From Patescibacteria group bacterium (GTDB taxonomy: Bacteria > Patescibacteriota > Microgenomatia > UBA1400 > PJMF01): a DNA stretch of 64,000 nucleotides. Shown here one piece after another: positions 39,307 to 49,785 of the stretch. The stretch spans positions 576,410 to 640,409 of the forward strand of contig JBMORP010000006.1 of the NCBI GenBank assembly GCA_049322655.1, given 5' to 3'. Position numbers and translations under genes: made by a program. Position 1 is the stretch's first letter, and each line of letters opens with the position of its first letter. The notes beneath the pieces were generated by a model that searched no databases, had not been told where the DNA came from, and worked only from the letters and a program-made list of their open reading frames with translations.

Positions 39307-41253
39307 TTAAACTCCTTGTAAATACTTAGCTGCCCAAGGTCGGTAATTAGAATAGTAGGTTTTTTGTCTGATTATTTCGCCATTTTTATCTTTAACGGTG
39401 TGGGTAAATTGAGCCTTAATGCCGCTAGCAGCCCAATCAATTTGTTTAGTTTGACCGGTGGGCAAGGATGGATCTGGTACATAAACAGGAGGAAGCGGTT
39501 CTCGAAAATCCCAAGATTTATAGTTTGTTATCTCGGTTGTTCTGCCATCGCTAGTGCCATAAAGCTCCACTTTCATATAAAGATTTTGGCTGTCTGCTTC
39601 TGTGTAAATGAGGACATAGTTATTGGTATCGTTAATGAATCTGAGATCGACATTACCATCATAGACAGTGGCATCAAAACCAGGATTATTATCTAGCTCA
39701 TAGTAACTAACGCGGTAACTATGAGGCAGCCTTAAGGTAATATTGAGACCAGCATCCAACAAAGATCTAAAGAGAGTGGTGCTGACTTGACAAACCCCGC
39801 CACCGTCTCCCAAGACAGTTTGACCATCTTTAATTACATAGGCTGGTTTGTAACCGGTTAGAGCCGAGACCTCTCCAAGAGCTTTGTTAAAAGAGAACTC
39901 TTTTCCTGGTGGAACTATTGAGTAATTAATTTTTTGAGCAGTTAAAGCTACATTATGAATTCTACTAGGAATACTGTGGGCATAATAACTATCTCCAAAA
40001 CCAATTCTTTCAGCTATACCGAGATTATTTGTGTCAGCCAAACTAACATCAGGAGGAGAGGCAGTGATTGGAAACTCTTGTGTGATTGAGGTGGTAGTTG
40101 TAGTTTCTGAAGTTTGACTGAGTAAATCAGTAATTGTTTGTTTGATCATAGCGACTGTCTTAGCCTGATCCAGAACAAGCCCTTCTTTATGAGGTTTAAA
40201 TTTTGTGACTTTGAAGGTTTGTTTGTCAAACTCAAACTCAGCATTTTGGGCTGGTCTATCTAATTTTTGTTTCCAAACATCAATTTTTTTTTGGATTTTT
40301 TCATCGATAAAACCGCTAGGAAAAGTCAAAAAAGATACTAGGTCTTGATCAGTGAGTTTTTCTTTTGTTTTGTCATAAGTGAAGATTAGTTCTTGACCAA
40401 CTAATTTTTGAGCTGTTTTCAAAGCAGTGGTGGTTTGAGAACTATCGAGAGTTTTACTTAGCCAGTGAGTAATGGGTTTAAAGGTTAGAGTGGGTTGCTT
40501 TTTTATATTTGTTAAAGAACTGTTTGTTTCTAAAAATTTGTTCAATTCTTTGATTGTTTGTTCAACATCAATGCCTAAAACGTTTTCACCTGGATTTAAA
40601 ACCAATGATTGAGGGTTGTTAGATTGTTCTAGCGTAATTTGAGGAAGGCTTGGCTCCTGGTTAAATTGATTTTTAACTATAGTTATAAATTCAGCTAGTT
40701 TTTGTTGATCATATTTAATTGGCAATGAATGTGATTTTGGTTGATAGGGAGAAAAAAAGAGTTTTCCTAACCAATGAAGTGGTTGTTGCTGCTGGTCTTT
40801 TAAGATTTTGGTTAAAGTAGCTTCGTAATCGTAGTAAGCGGACAGAGTTGTTGAAGCTGTCGCAACTGAAAAGTCTTTTTTTTCAAAGTTATCCAAATCA
40901 AGGTTGTTTGCTATTTGAAATTCTTCAGTATTTAAAGCAATTATTAAATTGTGTTCTAGGGGAATGGGGTATTGTTGGCTAATTTTTTGGAGAGTTTCTT
41001 GTTTGTTTAAACCGCCAATTCTGACTTCCTCGAGGTATGTTTCCGGAAGAAATTTGGAAGAAGAATAGGCAACAAACAAACCCATGGTGGTAATGACTAA
41101 AACAAGAGAAAAAAGACTTATTACTTGAAAATTCTTGGATTGTTTTTTTTCGAATGGATTGAGTTTTTCCTCAAGAATGATCGGTGCTTTCTTTTTACTT
41201 AAAAAGAACCAATTGCCCAACTTGAACTTGATAGGGTGACCAAAACGCTCCAT
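39307..41253 (-). CDS. VanW-family protein with peptidoglycan-binding region
   Basis: 'RIHNV', 'FSFN..LG', 'GGGVCQVSTTLF', 'PHSY', 'GFDATV', 'DLRF.N'. Confidence 0.9.
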   Translation of the reverse strand: MERFGHPIKFKLGNWFFLSKKKAPIILEEKLNPFEKKQSKNFQVISLFSLVLVITTMGLFVAYSSSKFLPETYLEEVRIGGLNKQETLQKISQQYPIPLEHNLIIALNTEEFQIANNLDLDNFEKKDFSVATASTTLSAYYDYEATLTKILKDQQQQPLHWLGKLFFSPYQPKSHSLPIKYDQQKLAEFITIVKNQFNQEPSLPQITLEQSNNPQSLVLNPGENVLGIDVEQTIKELNKFLETNSSLTNIKKQPTLTFKPITHWLSKTLDSSQTTTALKTAQKLVGQELIFTYDKTKEKLTDQDLVSFLTFPSGFIDEKIQKKIDVWKQKLDRPAQNAEFEFDKQTFKVTKFKPHKEGLVLDQAKTVAMIKQTITDLLSQTSETTTTTSITQEFPITASPPDVSLADTNNLGIAERIGFGDSYYAHSIPSRIHNVALTAQKINYSIVPPGKEFSFNKALGEVSALTGYKPAYVIKDGQTVLGDGGGVCQVSTTLFRSLLDAGLNITLRLPHSYRVSYYELDNNPGFDATVYDGNVDLRFINDTNNYVLIYTEADSQNLYMKVELYGTSDGRTTEITNYKSWDFREPLPPVYVPDPSLPTGQTKQIDWAASGIKAQFTHTVKDKNGEIIRQKTYYSNYRPWAAKYLQGV

Positions 41254-41279
41254 AATAGATAGTTAATTGTAACTGATTT

Positions 41280-43049
41280 ATGAATACACCACTACCTAAA
41301 CCTTCTGAGCCAACCTCAAACCAATCTACTAGTAACAGTGGGGGGAGTGTTGGCTCGCCAACTCCTAATAATAATCAACCTGTTTTTCCTGATCCAGCCA
41401 AGATTGGACGCTCTGTTGCTCCAACTGGAGTGCCTAAAATGGAAGGGGTTAATCCTAATTTAGCTCCCAAGACTGAAGAACCAAGTGAAAAAGTTACTAG
41501 TAATCAACCACCAGCCAAATCAGAAACTGGTGGCCCTATGGTTACACCTCCGCCAAAATTAGGTGTCGATAAGCCAATTCAACCGTCAGCTCCTGTTAAA
41601 CCGTTAGTGGTTCCTCCTGGAGGAATTAAACCACCCACTCAGACTAATCAACCAGTGGTGGGTGCCAATCAACCCAAGATTGCCGTGGCAAAAAGCGATC
41701 CTAAAAAAATGATCTTGATTATTGCTGCTGTTCTGATTGGACTTGGGGTGATTGGATCTCTTTTGGCGAATGTCTTTGGTAGTAGAAAAACTACTTCGGT
41801 TGGTACTGGTAATACCCAGAATAATCAGGTTAATCAAGAAGTTGTGCCACCAGAAAAACAAACGGTTTTGACTTATTGGGGCTTATGGGAGCCAAATGCT
41901 GTTCTTGATGAGGTGATCCAAGAGTACCAAAAACAAAATCCAGCGATCAAGATTGATTACAGAATTCAATCTCATAAAGATTATCGGGAGAGATTACAAA
42001 CAGCGATTGCTTCTGGTAATGGTCCAGATATTTTTCGCTACCATGCTTCTTGGGTGAGAATGTTAAGTTCTGAATTAGCTGTTCTTCCGGCTAGTGTCAT
42101 GAGTGCGGCCGAATTTAAAGAAACTTTTTATCCAACAGCAGCCCAAATGTTACAGATAGAAGGCAAGATCGTTGGTTTACCAATTATGTATGAAGGTCTA
42201 GGTCTTTACTATAATAAGGATATTCTACAGACAGCTGGAGTTCAGCCCCCAACTACTTGGGCAGAACTAAAAAAACTAGCGGCTGAACTAAGTGTCCCTG
42301 CTGATAAAAATGCTCGGAAAAGCGGGGGTATTACCAGAGGTGGTTTGGCTATTGGTAATACAGAAAATGTTGATCATTTTGCAGATATTTTGGCTTTATT
42401 AATTTTGCAAAACGGGGGTACTCCTGGTGAACCAGCTTTTACCGAAGTTAGGGATGCCTTGGTTTTTTATAGCAATTTTGTCACTGAGGATGCTATTTGG
42501 AATAGTTCTTTACCCAGCTCTACAGTGGCTTTTGCTAAGGGTGATGCAGCCATGATGTTTGCTCCTACCTGGCGGGCTCATGAAGTGAAAGATCTTAATC
42601 CTAATTTAAACTTTGGCATTGCTCCAGTACCACAGCTTTCTGATGAGCCAATCGCTTGGGCTAATTATTGGGCAGAAGGAGTTAATGACAAAAGTTCTAA
42701 CAAGGAAGAAGCTTGGAAATTTTTGAAATATATGACTAGTGCAGAGGTAATGAAAAAACTTTATTCTGCTCAAAGTAATATTAGAACTTTTGGGGAACCT
42801 TACTCTAGAGTAGATCTGGCTAGCGAATTGGCTAGTGACCCTTATGTAGCTGGTGTTCTCAAAGATGCACCAGTTGCTGTGGGTTGGTATATGAGTTCTG
42901 CTACCCACGATAACGGTATGAATGACCAAATTATTGAATATTACAAAACAGCAATCAATCAGTTGGTTGCTGGTGAAGACGAAGAAGAAGTTTTATTGAA
43001 TTTGGAAAAGGGAGTTAAACAAGTTCTTCGACAATATGGCATAGAGTAG
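41280..43049 (+). CDS. Family-1 extracellular solute-binding protein with Pro-rich N-tail and TM anchor
   Basis: 'LTYWG', 'GPDIF', 'GLYYNKD', 'PPTTWAEL', 'FAKGDAAM', 'AWKFLKY'. Confidence 0.85.
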   Translation: MNTPLPKPSEPTSNQSTSNSGGSVGSPTPNNNQPVFPDPAKIGRSVAPTGVPKMEGVNPNLAPKTEEPSEKVTSNQPPAKSETGGPMVTPPPKLGVDKPIQPSAPVKPLVVPPGGIKPPTQTNQPVVGANQPKIAVAKSDPKKMILIIAAVLIGLGVIGSLLANVFGSRKTTSVGTGNTQNNQVNQEVVPPEKQTVLTYWGLWEPNAVLDEVIQEYQKQNPAIKIDYRIQSHKDYRERLQTAIASGNGPDIFRYHASWVRMLSSELAVLPASVMSAAEFKETFYPTAAQMLQIEGKIVGLPIMYEGLGLYYNKDILQTAGVQPPTTWAELKKLAAELSVPADKNARKSGGITRGGLAIGNTENVDHFADILALLILQNGGTPGEPAFTEVRDALVFYSNFVTEDAIWNSSLPSSTVAFAKGDAAMMFAPTWRAHEVKDLNPNLNFGIAPVPQLSDEPIAWANYWAEGVNDKSSNKEEAWKFLKYMTSAEVMKKLYSAQSNIRTFGEPYSRVDLASELASDPYVAGVLKDAPVAVGWYMSSATHDNGMNDQIIEYYKTAINQLVAGEDEEEVLLNLEKGVKQVLRQYGIE

Positions 43050-43054
43050 CATAT

Positions 43055-44023
43055 TTAGATTTTTTGAAGAATTGCTTTTAGTTTTTCTGGATCATGTCTT
43101 AGTAAGCTTCGAGAGATAGAGTCGTTATGTTGTTGCTTAACTGTCACTTTCGAAACTAAAGCTGCTCTTTTGATATATGTTTCTTGGGGTAGATCATCGA
43201 CAACAGGATACTCTTTTTCTTTTTCATAGGCTTTTAAGATTTTGGGAGGAATTTTTTCTGAGTTAACAATAATAAAGTCTGGGTATTTACCAAAGTATTG
43301 TTCAATAGTGGCGACATGATCTGTGGCAGAGAGGTTATGAGTTTGAGAAAAATGGGTCATTAAATTGATTATAAAAATAAAAGTACCTTGGGCTTGTTTG
43401 AAAACATCTTTAAAGTCTTCTACTAAAGTATGTGGTAATAAGCTGCCATAAACATCTCCTGGTCCGACAATAATAGTATCTGCTTCTAGAATGGCTTTTT
43501 TGGCTTTGTGATAGAGCCGAGCAGGTTTGCTTAACTCTATTTTGCTAATTTTTTTACCACCTTTGTCGTGATCATCCAAAAAATGTTCGCCGACTAGCTT
43601 TTTACCATCTTCATAAGTAATAACAAGATTGGTTGAATTTTCTGTAATAGGAAAGACTTTGCCTTTGATTCTGAAGATTTTACTGGCGGCTTCAATTGCC
43701 TTACCTGGTTTTTTTTCTAGATCTTCTAAGGCGGTTAAAATTAAGTTGCCTAAATTATGACCTTGTAGTCCATTGCCTTTTGAAAATCTATAAAGTAGCA
43801 GTTCCTTGATGTCTTGTTGAGTTTGGTCATCAGCTAAAGCAGCCAAACATTGTCTGATATCACCAACGGGTAAAAAACCGAACTCATCTCTGAGCCGACC
43901 AGTTGAACCACCAGAATCAGTTACCACAGGGAGAGCAGTTAACTCGATTTGGGGGATATTTTTTAGACTAGTTAAAACAACTGAAGAGCCAGTTCCACCT
44001 CCAATGACAACAACCTTTTTCAT
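43055..44023 (-). CDS. yvcK: YvcK/GlmR-family UDP-GlcNAc-binding protein
   Basis: 'VVIGGGTG', 'DSGGSTGRLR', 'GDIRQCL', 'GHNLGNL', 'RHDP'; start set at ATG 44023. Confidence 0.9.
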   Translation of the reverse strand: MKKVVVIGGGTGSSVVLTSLKNIPQIELTALPVVTDSGGSTGRLRDEFGFLPVGDIRQCLAALADDQTQQDIKELLLYRFSKGNGLQGHNLGNLILTALEDLEKKPGKAIEAASKIFRIKGKVFPITENSTNLVITYEDGKKLVGEHFLDDHDKGGKKISKIELSKPARLYHKAKKAILEADTIIVGPGDVYGSLLPHTLVEDFKDVFKQAQGTFIFIINLMTHFSQTHNLSATDHVATIEQYFGKYPDFIIVNSEKIPPKILKAYEKEKEYPVVDDLPQETYIKRAALVSKVTVKQQHNDSISRSLLRHDPEKLKAILQKI

Positions 44024-44093
44024 GATAACAAGGGTAACCTGATTGTGTTTGTTTGACAAGCTATCTTTTAATTGAGGCTATATAATAACCACT

Positions 44094-45425
44094 ATGGCTT
44101 TTTCTGTGGCAGAAAGAATTACTTTGGCGGTTTTGGCTTACAGTACTAAGTTTGGTTATCCTTTGACAGAAACAGAAATTATTACCAGAGCTTTTAAGCC
44201 TCACGTTTTATTTGCTTTAGAAAATAATAAAGACTCAATAGAGCCAAAACTTTCTCAACAAGCTTTATCCTTGGCATTGAAGTCACTCTTGAAGAAGAAA
44301 AAAGTAGTGAAAAAACAAGGGTTTTATTTGCTAAATGGAGAAAAAATCAAAGCGAGAAAGCCTAACCACCAGATTAAAAAATTTAAAGAAGCAGTAGTTA
44401 ATGAGTTGATTTCTGTGGCTGAAAAAATCCCTTGGGTTTTGGGGGTAGTGATTACTGGTTCATATGCAGCAGGAGTAGTAGAAGAAAAAGATGATTTGGA
44501 TTTTTTAATTATTACTAAGAAAAATCGGTTGTGGTTAACTAGGCTTGTTTTTTTACTGTTAGCTTGGGGAAGAGGTAGAAGGCCTCAACTACCCAAAGGA
44601 GATTTGAGTCACAGTTGGGATTTTAATTTTTGGTTGGATGAGTCAACTTTGAGTTTGCCAGCAGAAAAAACTGGTATTTATGAAGCTTACGAAATTCTTC
44701 AAACTAGATGGGTAGTTAATAAAGACCAAGTTAAAGAACGTTTTTTTAAAGCCAATCAATGGGTTTATAATTATTTTTTGTTTGCAGTTTTTCCAGATTT
44801 AAAGGCCATTAAGCCATCAACCCAGAAAAAAATAGACTGGTTTTGGCCAATCGAATTTTGGTTGTATAAATTTCAAGTTAGTTACCGGCAACTGCGACAC
44901 GGCCAACAAAATGCTTTTTTACACAGTGCTTTTTTTCATTCTAACTCGACTAAAGGAGAGATTTTGGCAGAATGGCAACGGCGATATTTTCAGGCTATTG
45001 GCATAGAAAAAAAAGTTTTAGTTACAGGTGTGTTTGATGTTTTACACCAAGAACACATTAATTTTTTATTAGCGGCTAAAAAATACGGAACTAAATTAGT
45101 CATTGGTCTGGAAAGTGATCACAGGGTTAGGCAACTAAAGGGTAAAAATCGACCCATTTTCAATCAACAACAACGAAAGAAAAACCTTGAGAAACTTGCG
45201 ATAGCTGATAAGGTTTTTATTCTTCCGGAAAAATTTAATACTAAAGCTGATCACTTGCGCTTAATTAAAAAATTAAAACCGGCTGTTTTAGCTGTTTCTT
45301 CTCATACTGCTCATCTCAAAGAAAAACAGGCCATTATGAAAGAAGTAGGGGGAGAGCTAAAAATTGTTTATCAACACAATCCAGCGGTATCTTCAAGTAA
45401 GTTGATTAACAACTCAGCAGGTTAA
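44094..45425 (+). CDS. Fusion of pol-beta-type nucleotidyltransferase domain and cytidylyltransferase-like domain
   Basis: 'ITGSYAAG....DDLDF' in the N-terminal part; 'VTGVFDVLHQEH', 'KGKNRP', 'SSS' in the C-terminal part. Confidence 0.75.
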   Translation: MAFSVAERITLAVLAYSTKFGYPLTETEIITRAFKPHVLFALENNKDSIEPKLSQQALSLALKSLLKKKKVVKKQGFYLLNGEKIKARKPNHQIKKFKEAVVNELISVAEKIPWVLGVVITGSYAAGVVEEKDDLDFLIITKKNRLWLTRLVFLLLAWGRGRRPQLPKGDLSHSWDFNFWLDESTLSLPAEKTGIYEAYEILQTRWVVNKDQVKERFFKANQWVYNYFLFAVFPDLKAIKPSTQKKIDWFWPIEFWLYKFQVSYRQLRHGQQNAFLHSAFFHSNSTKGEILAEWQRRYFQAIGIEKKVLVTGVFDVLHQEHINFLLAAKKYGTKLVIGLESDHRVRQLKGKNRPIFNQQQRKKNLEKLAIADKVFILPEKFNTKADHLRLIKKLKPAVLAVSSHTAHLKEKQAIMKEVGGELKIVYQHNPAVSSSKLINNSAG

Positions 45426-45488
45426 AGCTTTAAAGTTTACAGCTTTATCTTTATACTTTTAATAACTAGTAAGTATTTAAAGGGAATC

Positions 45489-45785
45489 ATGAAAAAACTA
45501 CTTTTACTCTCTTTTGTTTTATTTTCTGGAGTTATTTTTGCTGGATGTATTCAACAACAACCTAAAACAACTAACACTCCAGCCCAAACAACAGAAAAAG
45601 TAGGAGATACTACCAAAACAGGCACAATTAGTTTTTCTGATGGGCGTTATTTTCTAGCTGAGACAGGTCAAACACCCAAAGAGATTGATAGTTATGCTGT
45701 TGATTTGTCAGCTTATGTTGGTCAAAGAGTTACGGTGACTGGCCAATACAGTGGTGATACTTTGTTTGTTGGCAGCATAGAGTAA
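45489..45785 (+). CDS. Small lipoprotein (OB-fold-like)
   Basis: Lipobox FAGC; 'DL..YVG.RVTVTG'. Confidence 0.75.
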   Translation: MKKLLLLSFVLFSGVIFAGCIQQQPKTTNTPAQTTEKVGDTTKTGTISFSDGRYFLAETGQTPKEIDSYAVDLSAYVGQRVTVTGQYSGDTLFVGSIE

Positions 45786-45795
45786 GATATCACTA

Positions 45796-47196
45796 GTGGT
45801 AAAAAAACATTCTCGATTTATTTGTCAGCAGTGTGAAGCAGACTTTCCCAAGTGGCAAGGCCAGTGTAGTAGTTGTGGAGCTTGGAATACTTTAGTCGAA
45901 GAGTTGATTGAGTCAAAAACCAGTGTTAACAAAACTGTTTTTAAAGATCCAGAAGAAATTATCACCTATTTTCCAGATGTAGAGTTAGTAGAAACTACCA
46001 AAAACAGGTTTTCTACCACCATGGTGGAGTTAGATCGGGTGTTGGGCGGTGGTTTGGTTCCTGGAATGGTAACTTTGGTGGGAGGAGAACCCGGAATTGG
46101 TAAATCAACTTTGTTGACCCAAGTAGTAGTCGGTCTTCTCCTAACTCCCGAAAGAAATGACTTTTCTGATAAAGAAATAATCTATGTTTCTGGAGAAGAA
46201 AGCCCAGCACAAATATCAATTAGAATCAATCGTTTTTTGGAAAAAGAACAAAAAAATAGCTCAGTTAAAAAATCAACTAGTGACCCGAAACAAAAATTAG
46301 CTAAATTGCTTTTTGTGGGTAGTACTCAAGCCGAAGAGATTGTTAATTTAATTGTGAAAAGAAAACCTAGATTGGTAATTATTGATAGTATCCAGACTAT
46401 TACCAGTGGTGAGTTAACTGGAGCTGGAGGTAGCATTGGTCAACTTAGAGAATCAACCGAGAAAATAACCCAAATCGCGAAGGCTTTTCATATTCCTGTT
46501 TTTTTTATCGGTCATGTAACTAAAGATGGGGTAATTGCCGGACCAAAAGTTCTTGAGCATATTGTTGATGCAGTTTTAGAAATTAGTGGTGAAAGATCAA
46601 GCCAATTGAGATTAGTTAGAGCGCTTAAAAATAGATTCGGGGCAACAGATGAAGTCGGCGTATTTCAGCATGACGAATATGGTTTATCAGAGGTAACTAA
46701 TCCTAGTGAGTTGTTTTTGGAACAGGTTGAAGTGGATGTGCCTGGAAGTGCTACCATTTGTGTGATGGAAGGGACAAGGCCATTATTGGTTGAAGTTCAA
46801 GCTTTGGTTAATTACTCTCAACTAGCTATGCCACGAAGAGTGGGGCGAGGGATAGAACTCTCCAGAATTCAAGTTTTGGCTGCAGTTTTGCAGAAACACG
46901 CCAAATTACCTCTAGACTCTAATGATATTTTTCTTAATGCCGCTGGTGGGTTTACCATCAAAGAACCTGCAGTAGATCTGGGTTTGGCGGTGGCAATTGC
47001 TAGCTCTTTGAAGAATAAAAAAGTACCTCAAAAAACCATTTTTATTGGTGAGATAGGTCTTTTGGGAGAGATAAGAAAAGTGCCTTTTTTGGATAAAAGA
47101 AAAAAAGAAGCCAAGAGATTAGGTTTTACTAAGATATTTTCTAGGGAAACTCATGCTTCTGTAAGAGAAGTTTTGGCAGAGTTGAATTTAATTTAA
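45796..47196 (+). CDS. radA: DNA repair protein RadA/Sms
   Basis: C4 zinc finger, GGEPGIGKSTL, KNRFG, Lon-like C-terminus. Confidence 0.97.
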   Translation: MVKKHSRFICQQCEADFPKWQGQCSSCGAWNTLVEELIESKTSVNKTVFKDPEEIITYFPDVELVETTKNRFSTTMVELDRVLGGGLVPGMVTLVGGEPGIGKSTLLTQVVVGLLLTPERNDFSDKEIIYVSGEESPAQISIRINRFLEKEQKNSSVKKSTSDPKQKLAKLLFVGSTQAEEIVNLIVKRKPRLVIIDSIQTITSGELTGAGGSIGQLRESTEKITQIAKAFHIPVFFIGHVTKDGVIAGPKVLEHIVDAVLEISGERSSQLRLVRALKNRFGATDEVGVFQHDEYGLSEVTNPSELFLEQVEVDVPGSATICVMEGTRPLLVEVQALVNYSQLAMPRRVGRGIELSRIQVLAAVLQKHAKLPLDSNDIFLNAAGGFTIKEPAVDLGLAVAIASSLKNKKVPQKTIFIGEIGLLGEIRKVPFLDKRKKEAKRLGFTKIFSRETHASVREVLAELNLI

Positions 47197-47208
47197 ATAC
47201 CTCAATTT

Positions 47209-47248
47209 GTCAGTTTAACCTGAGACGCTCACCCACGGGGTGAAGGGG
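47209..47248 (-). repeat. Dispersed 40-bp repeat, copy 3 (diverged)
   Basis: + strand GTCAG-N7-TGAGACGCTCACCCACGGGGTGAAGGGG. Confidence 0.85.
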
Positions 47249-47260
47249 CGGAGTAGATTT

Positions 47261-49474
47261 TTATTGTCTTTTTTTGGAGTATCTCTCTCGGCTAACTTTA
47301 ATTACTTTATCTTTATTTTGGTTGCTGCTTTTGGCTAAGCCCAAAGTTCTAGCTGGGAAAGGTTTACTAATTACGTTATCAATAGAGATGCGGTTAATAA
47401 TTTGGTATTTTTCTAGGGAAACTAGTTCCTCTGGGGTGTAGTGTTCACCAAACTCTCGGCTAAAAACTTGGGCGTCTTCTGAACCCATGACAAAACTAGC
47501 CGTACTTCCACAGTTACCAAAAATAGCTTTTTGTACTTCTTCTGGTATTTGGGCAATGTATTGGTTGGCCAAAGTAAGGTTGAGTCTATATTTTCTAGCC
47601 TCTGACAAAATCTTGATAAAAGCTTCAGTGGCAAAATTTTGAAACTCATCAACATAAAGGTAAAAATCTCGACGCTGTTCTTCTTGAATTTGAACTCTAG
47701 TCATGGCTGCTAGTTGAATCTTGGTAATCATCATCGCACCCAAGAGAGTAGCATTATCTTCACCCAATTTTCCTTGAGAAAGATTGACCAATAAAATCTT
47801 GCCTTCATTCATAATGTCTTCAATACTAAAAGAGCTTTTATGAGCATTGACCACGTTACGAATCAACGGAGAAGAAGTAAACTGACCAACTTTATTGAGA
47901 ATTGAGGCAATTGATTCGGTTCTCAATCTATCTTGCATCTTGTTATATTCATCCACCCAGTAACTTTTCAGAATTGGATCTTCTAGGTTTTCAACGTATC
48001 TATCTCTAAATTTTTTATTAGTTAACAGTTCCAAAATGTCAGATAGTCTGGCATTTTCACTAGTCAATAGTGTAAGCAAGGCATTTCTTAAGATATATTC
48101 AAGACGAGGACCCCAAGAATAGCCATAAAGTTTTTGAAAAATCGAGATAATACCAGAAGCGATTAGCTCTCGATGGACGACGTTTTTACCTTCAAAAAGA
48201 TTGATTTGCACTGTTCTTTCTGGATCACTTGGGTCAAAATAGATAACATCGTTAATTCTTCTAGATGGAATGTAGTTAAGTAAGGTCTCGACTAGGTCTC
48301 CATGAGGATCAATAACACACATTCCCTCATTGTTTTTTAAGTCATTAATAGCCATGTTGGCCAGCAGGGTGGATTTACCAGTTCCGGTTTTACCAATCAC
48401 ATACATGTGTCTGCGACGATCTGCTCGTTTGAGGCCATATTTAACAGCCTTATTTTTATAAGTAGTTTCAGCAAACACATTAGTGCTGTTTTTAAGTTCT
48501 GGGTCAGTGTCTCTGGTAATAATTGGTAAATTTTCTGGTGGCTCACCAAGTAGATTTTTACCCCAGGCAATATTAGGAATAACCTCCAAGTTTTTGTTGG
48601 GGAGGTGATAGAGGGTGGCTAGTTCATCAAGAGTTAAATGAACTTTTTTAGATCTAAAAAATGAGCGGGCTTGCATCATTTTCAAGAAATGCTCTTTGAA
48701 AAAATAGTTTTTGCGTAAAACTAAAGTATTACCTTCACTTTTTGAAATCGAGTTATACGTGGCAGCCAGTGTTTCTAAAATCAAGTCGCTTCTTTGGGCG
48801 GAGTCTGTTCTAACTGCCAGTTTAATACCTACTTTTAAGGCTTCTTTTTTTAGCTTTTCTTCAATCAAAGCTTTTTGTCGGTGATAACCACTGGTCGCAT
48901 CATCGATAGATTTACCCTGAATTTCTCGCCAACCTTTGTTTTTCCAGTTATCTGTATCTGGTGAAACTAAGTACTGAAGGTGAACAATGTCACTTGGTTG
49001 GCTTTTTGATAGACTGGCCAAGAGAGAAGCAAGTGGATCAACATTTTTAAAATCCAAGTAGGTTTTCATTGGTAAATATTCTGCATTAGTCAAACCAAGA
49101 CTACCAGTTTTGACAAAGGAAGGGGTAATTAACTTGCCGTTTAGGTCGAAAAAATCGACAATGGGGTCTTCTGGATTCTCTGTAATTAAAGCTTCTGGGT
49201 AGCTGGCAATAATTGCTCCTCTGACATATTCCATTAATCTAACGGGCAAATACATTAGAAACTTAATTGTTTGATCCCTGACAAATATTTCTAGACTAAA
49301 TGACTCATTTTTACTAATTAGTTGGTAAAAAATATTATTATGTAGTTTGGGTAGAGTAGAAAGAAATTGAACCGCTGTCTCTGGGGTGTGTTCGGCATCT
49401 CTACCTGTTCTAATTTCTAAAATAGTATGTGGAGTCATAATGATAATTTCCATTATATACAGATATCTGTTCAA
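47261..49474 (-). CDS. VirD4/TraD-like coupling ATPase
   Basis: 'DRRRHMYVIGKTGTGKS', 'IDPHGDL', 'YVDEFQNF', 'SEARKYRL.L.LANQY..Q'. Confidence 0.88.
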   Translation of the reverse strand: MNRYLYIMEIIIMTPHTILEIRTGRDAEHTPETAVQFLSTLPKLHNNIFYQLISKNESFSLEIFVRDQTIKFLMYLPVRLMEYVRGAIIASYPEALITENPEDPIVDFFDLNGKLITPSFVKTGSLGLTNAEYLPMKTYLDFKNVDPLASLLASLSKSQPSDIVHLQYLVSPDTDNWKNKGWREIQGKSIDDATSGYHRQKALIEEKLKKEALKVGIKLAVRTDSAQRSDLILETLAATYNSISKSEGNTLVLRKNYFFKEHFLKMMQARSFFRSKKVHLTLDELATLYHLPNKNLEVIPNIAWGKNLLGEPPENLPIITRDTDPELKNSTNVFAETTYKNKAVKYGLKRADRRRHMYVIGKTGTGKSTLLANMAINDLKNNEGMCVIDPHGDLVETLLNYIPSRRINDVIYFDPSDPERTVQINLFEGKNVVHRELIASGIISIFQKLYGYSWGPRLEYILRNALLTLLTSENARLSDILELLTNKKFRDRYVENLEDPILKSYWVDEYNKMQDRLRTESIASILNKVGQFTSSPLIRNVVNAHKSSFSIEDIMNEGKILLVNLSQGKLGEDNATLLGAMMITKIQLAAMTRVQIQEEQRRDFYLYVDEFQNFATEAFIKILSEARKYRLNLTLANQYIAQIPEEVQKAIFGNCGSTASFVMGSEDAQVFSREFGEHYTPEELVSLEKYQIINRISIDNVISKPFPARTLGLAKSSNQNKDKVIKVSRERYSKKRQ

Positions 49475-49494
49475 GGTGGAGAGAGAAGACTTGA

Positions 49495-49785
49495 CTAAAA
49501 TTCTTCTAATGGAACAACTGTTGTGCCAGCAACATGGTGAATTTCATTCATGATTTTGGCAAACATGATAGCTCTCAAACTGTTTGCTCCGGCAAATAAA
49601 CCAATAGTAGTGGCCTGGTCAAACATTTTTTCAGCAGTTGCCTTGTTTTCGTTAAGGGTGATAGGAGCTAATTCATTTTCTCCCAGCAGATCAATCACTA
49701 GTAAAGAAAAAACTCCATTTTCTAATAGTAGTTGTAGTTGAGTAGTTTCATTAGCATTTTCAGTTTTGATGATTTCTTTAGTCAT
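49495..49785 (-). CDS. Hypothetical protein
   Basis: 96-aa ORF with TATAAT just upstream of the ATG. Confidence 0.5.
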   Translation of the reverse strand: MTKEIIKTENANETTQLQLLLENGVFSLLVIDLLGENELAPITLNENKATAEKMFDQATTIGLFAGANSLRAIMFAKIMNEIHHVAGTTVVPLEEF

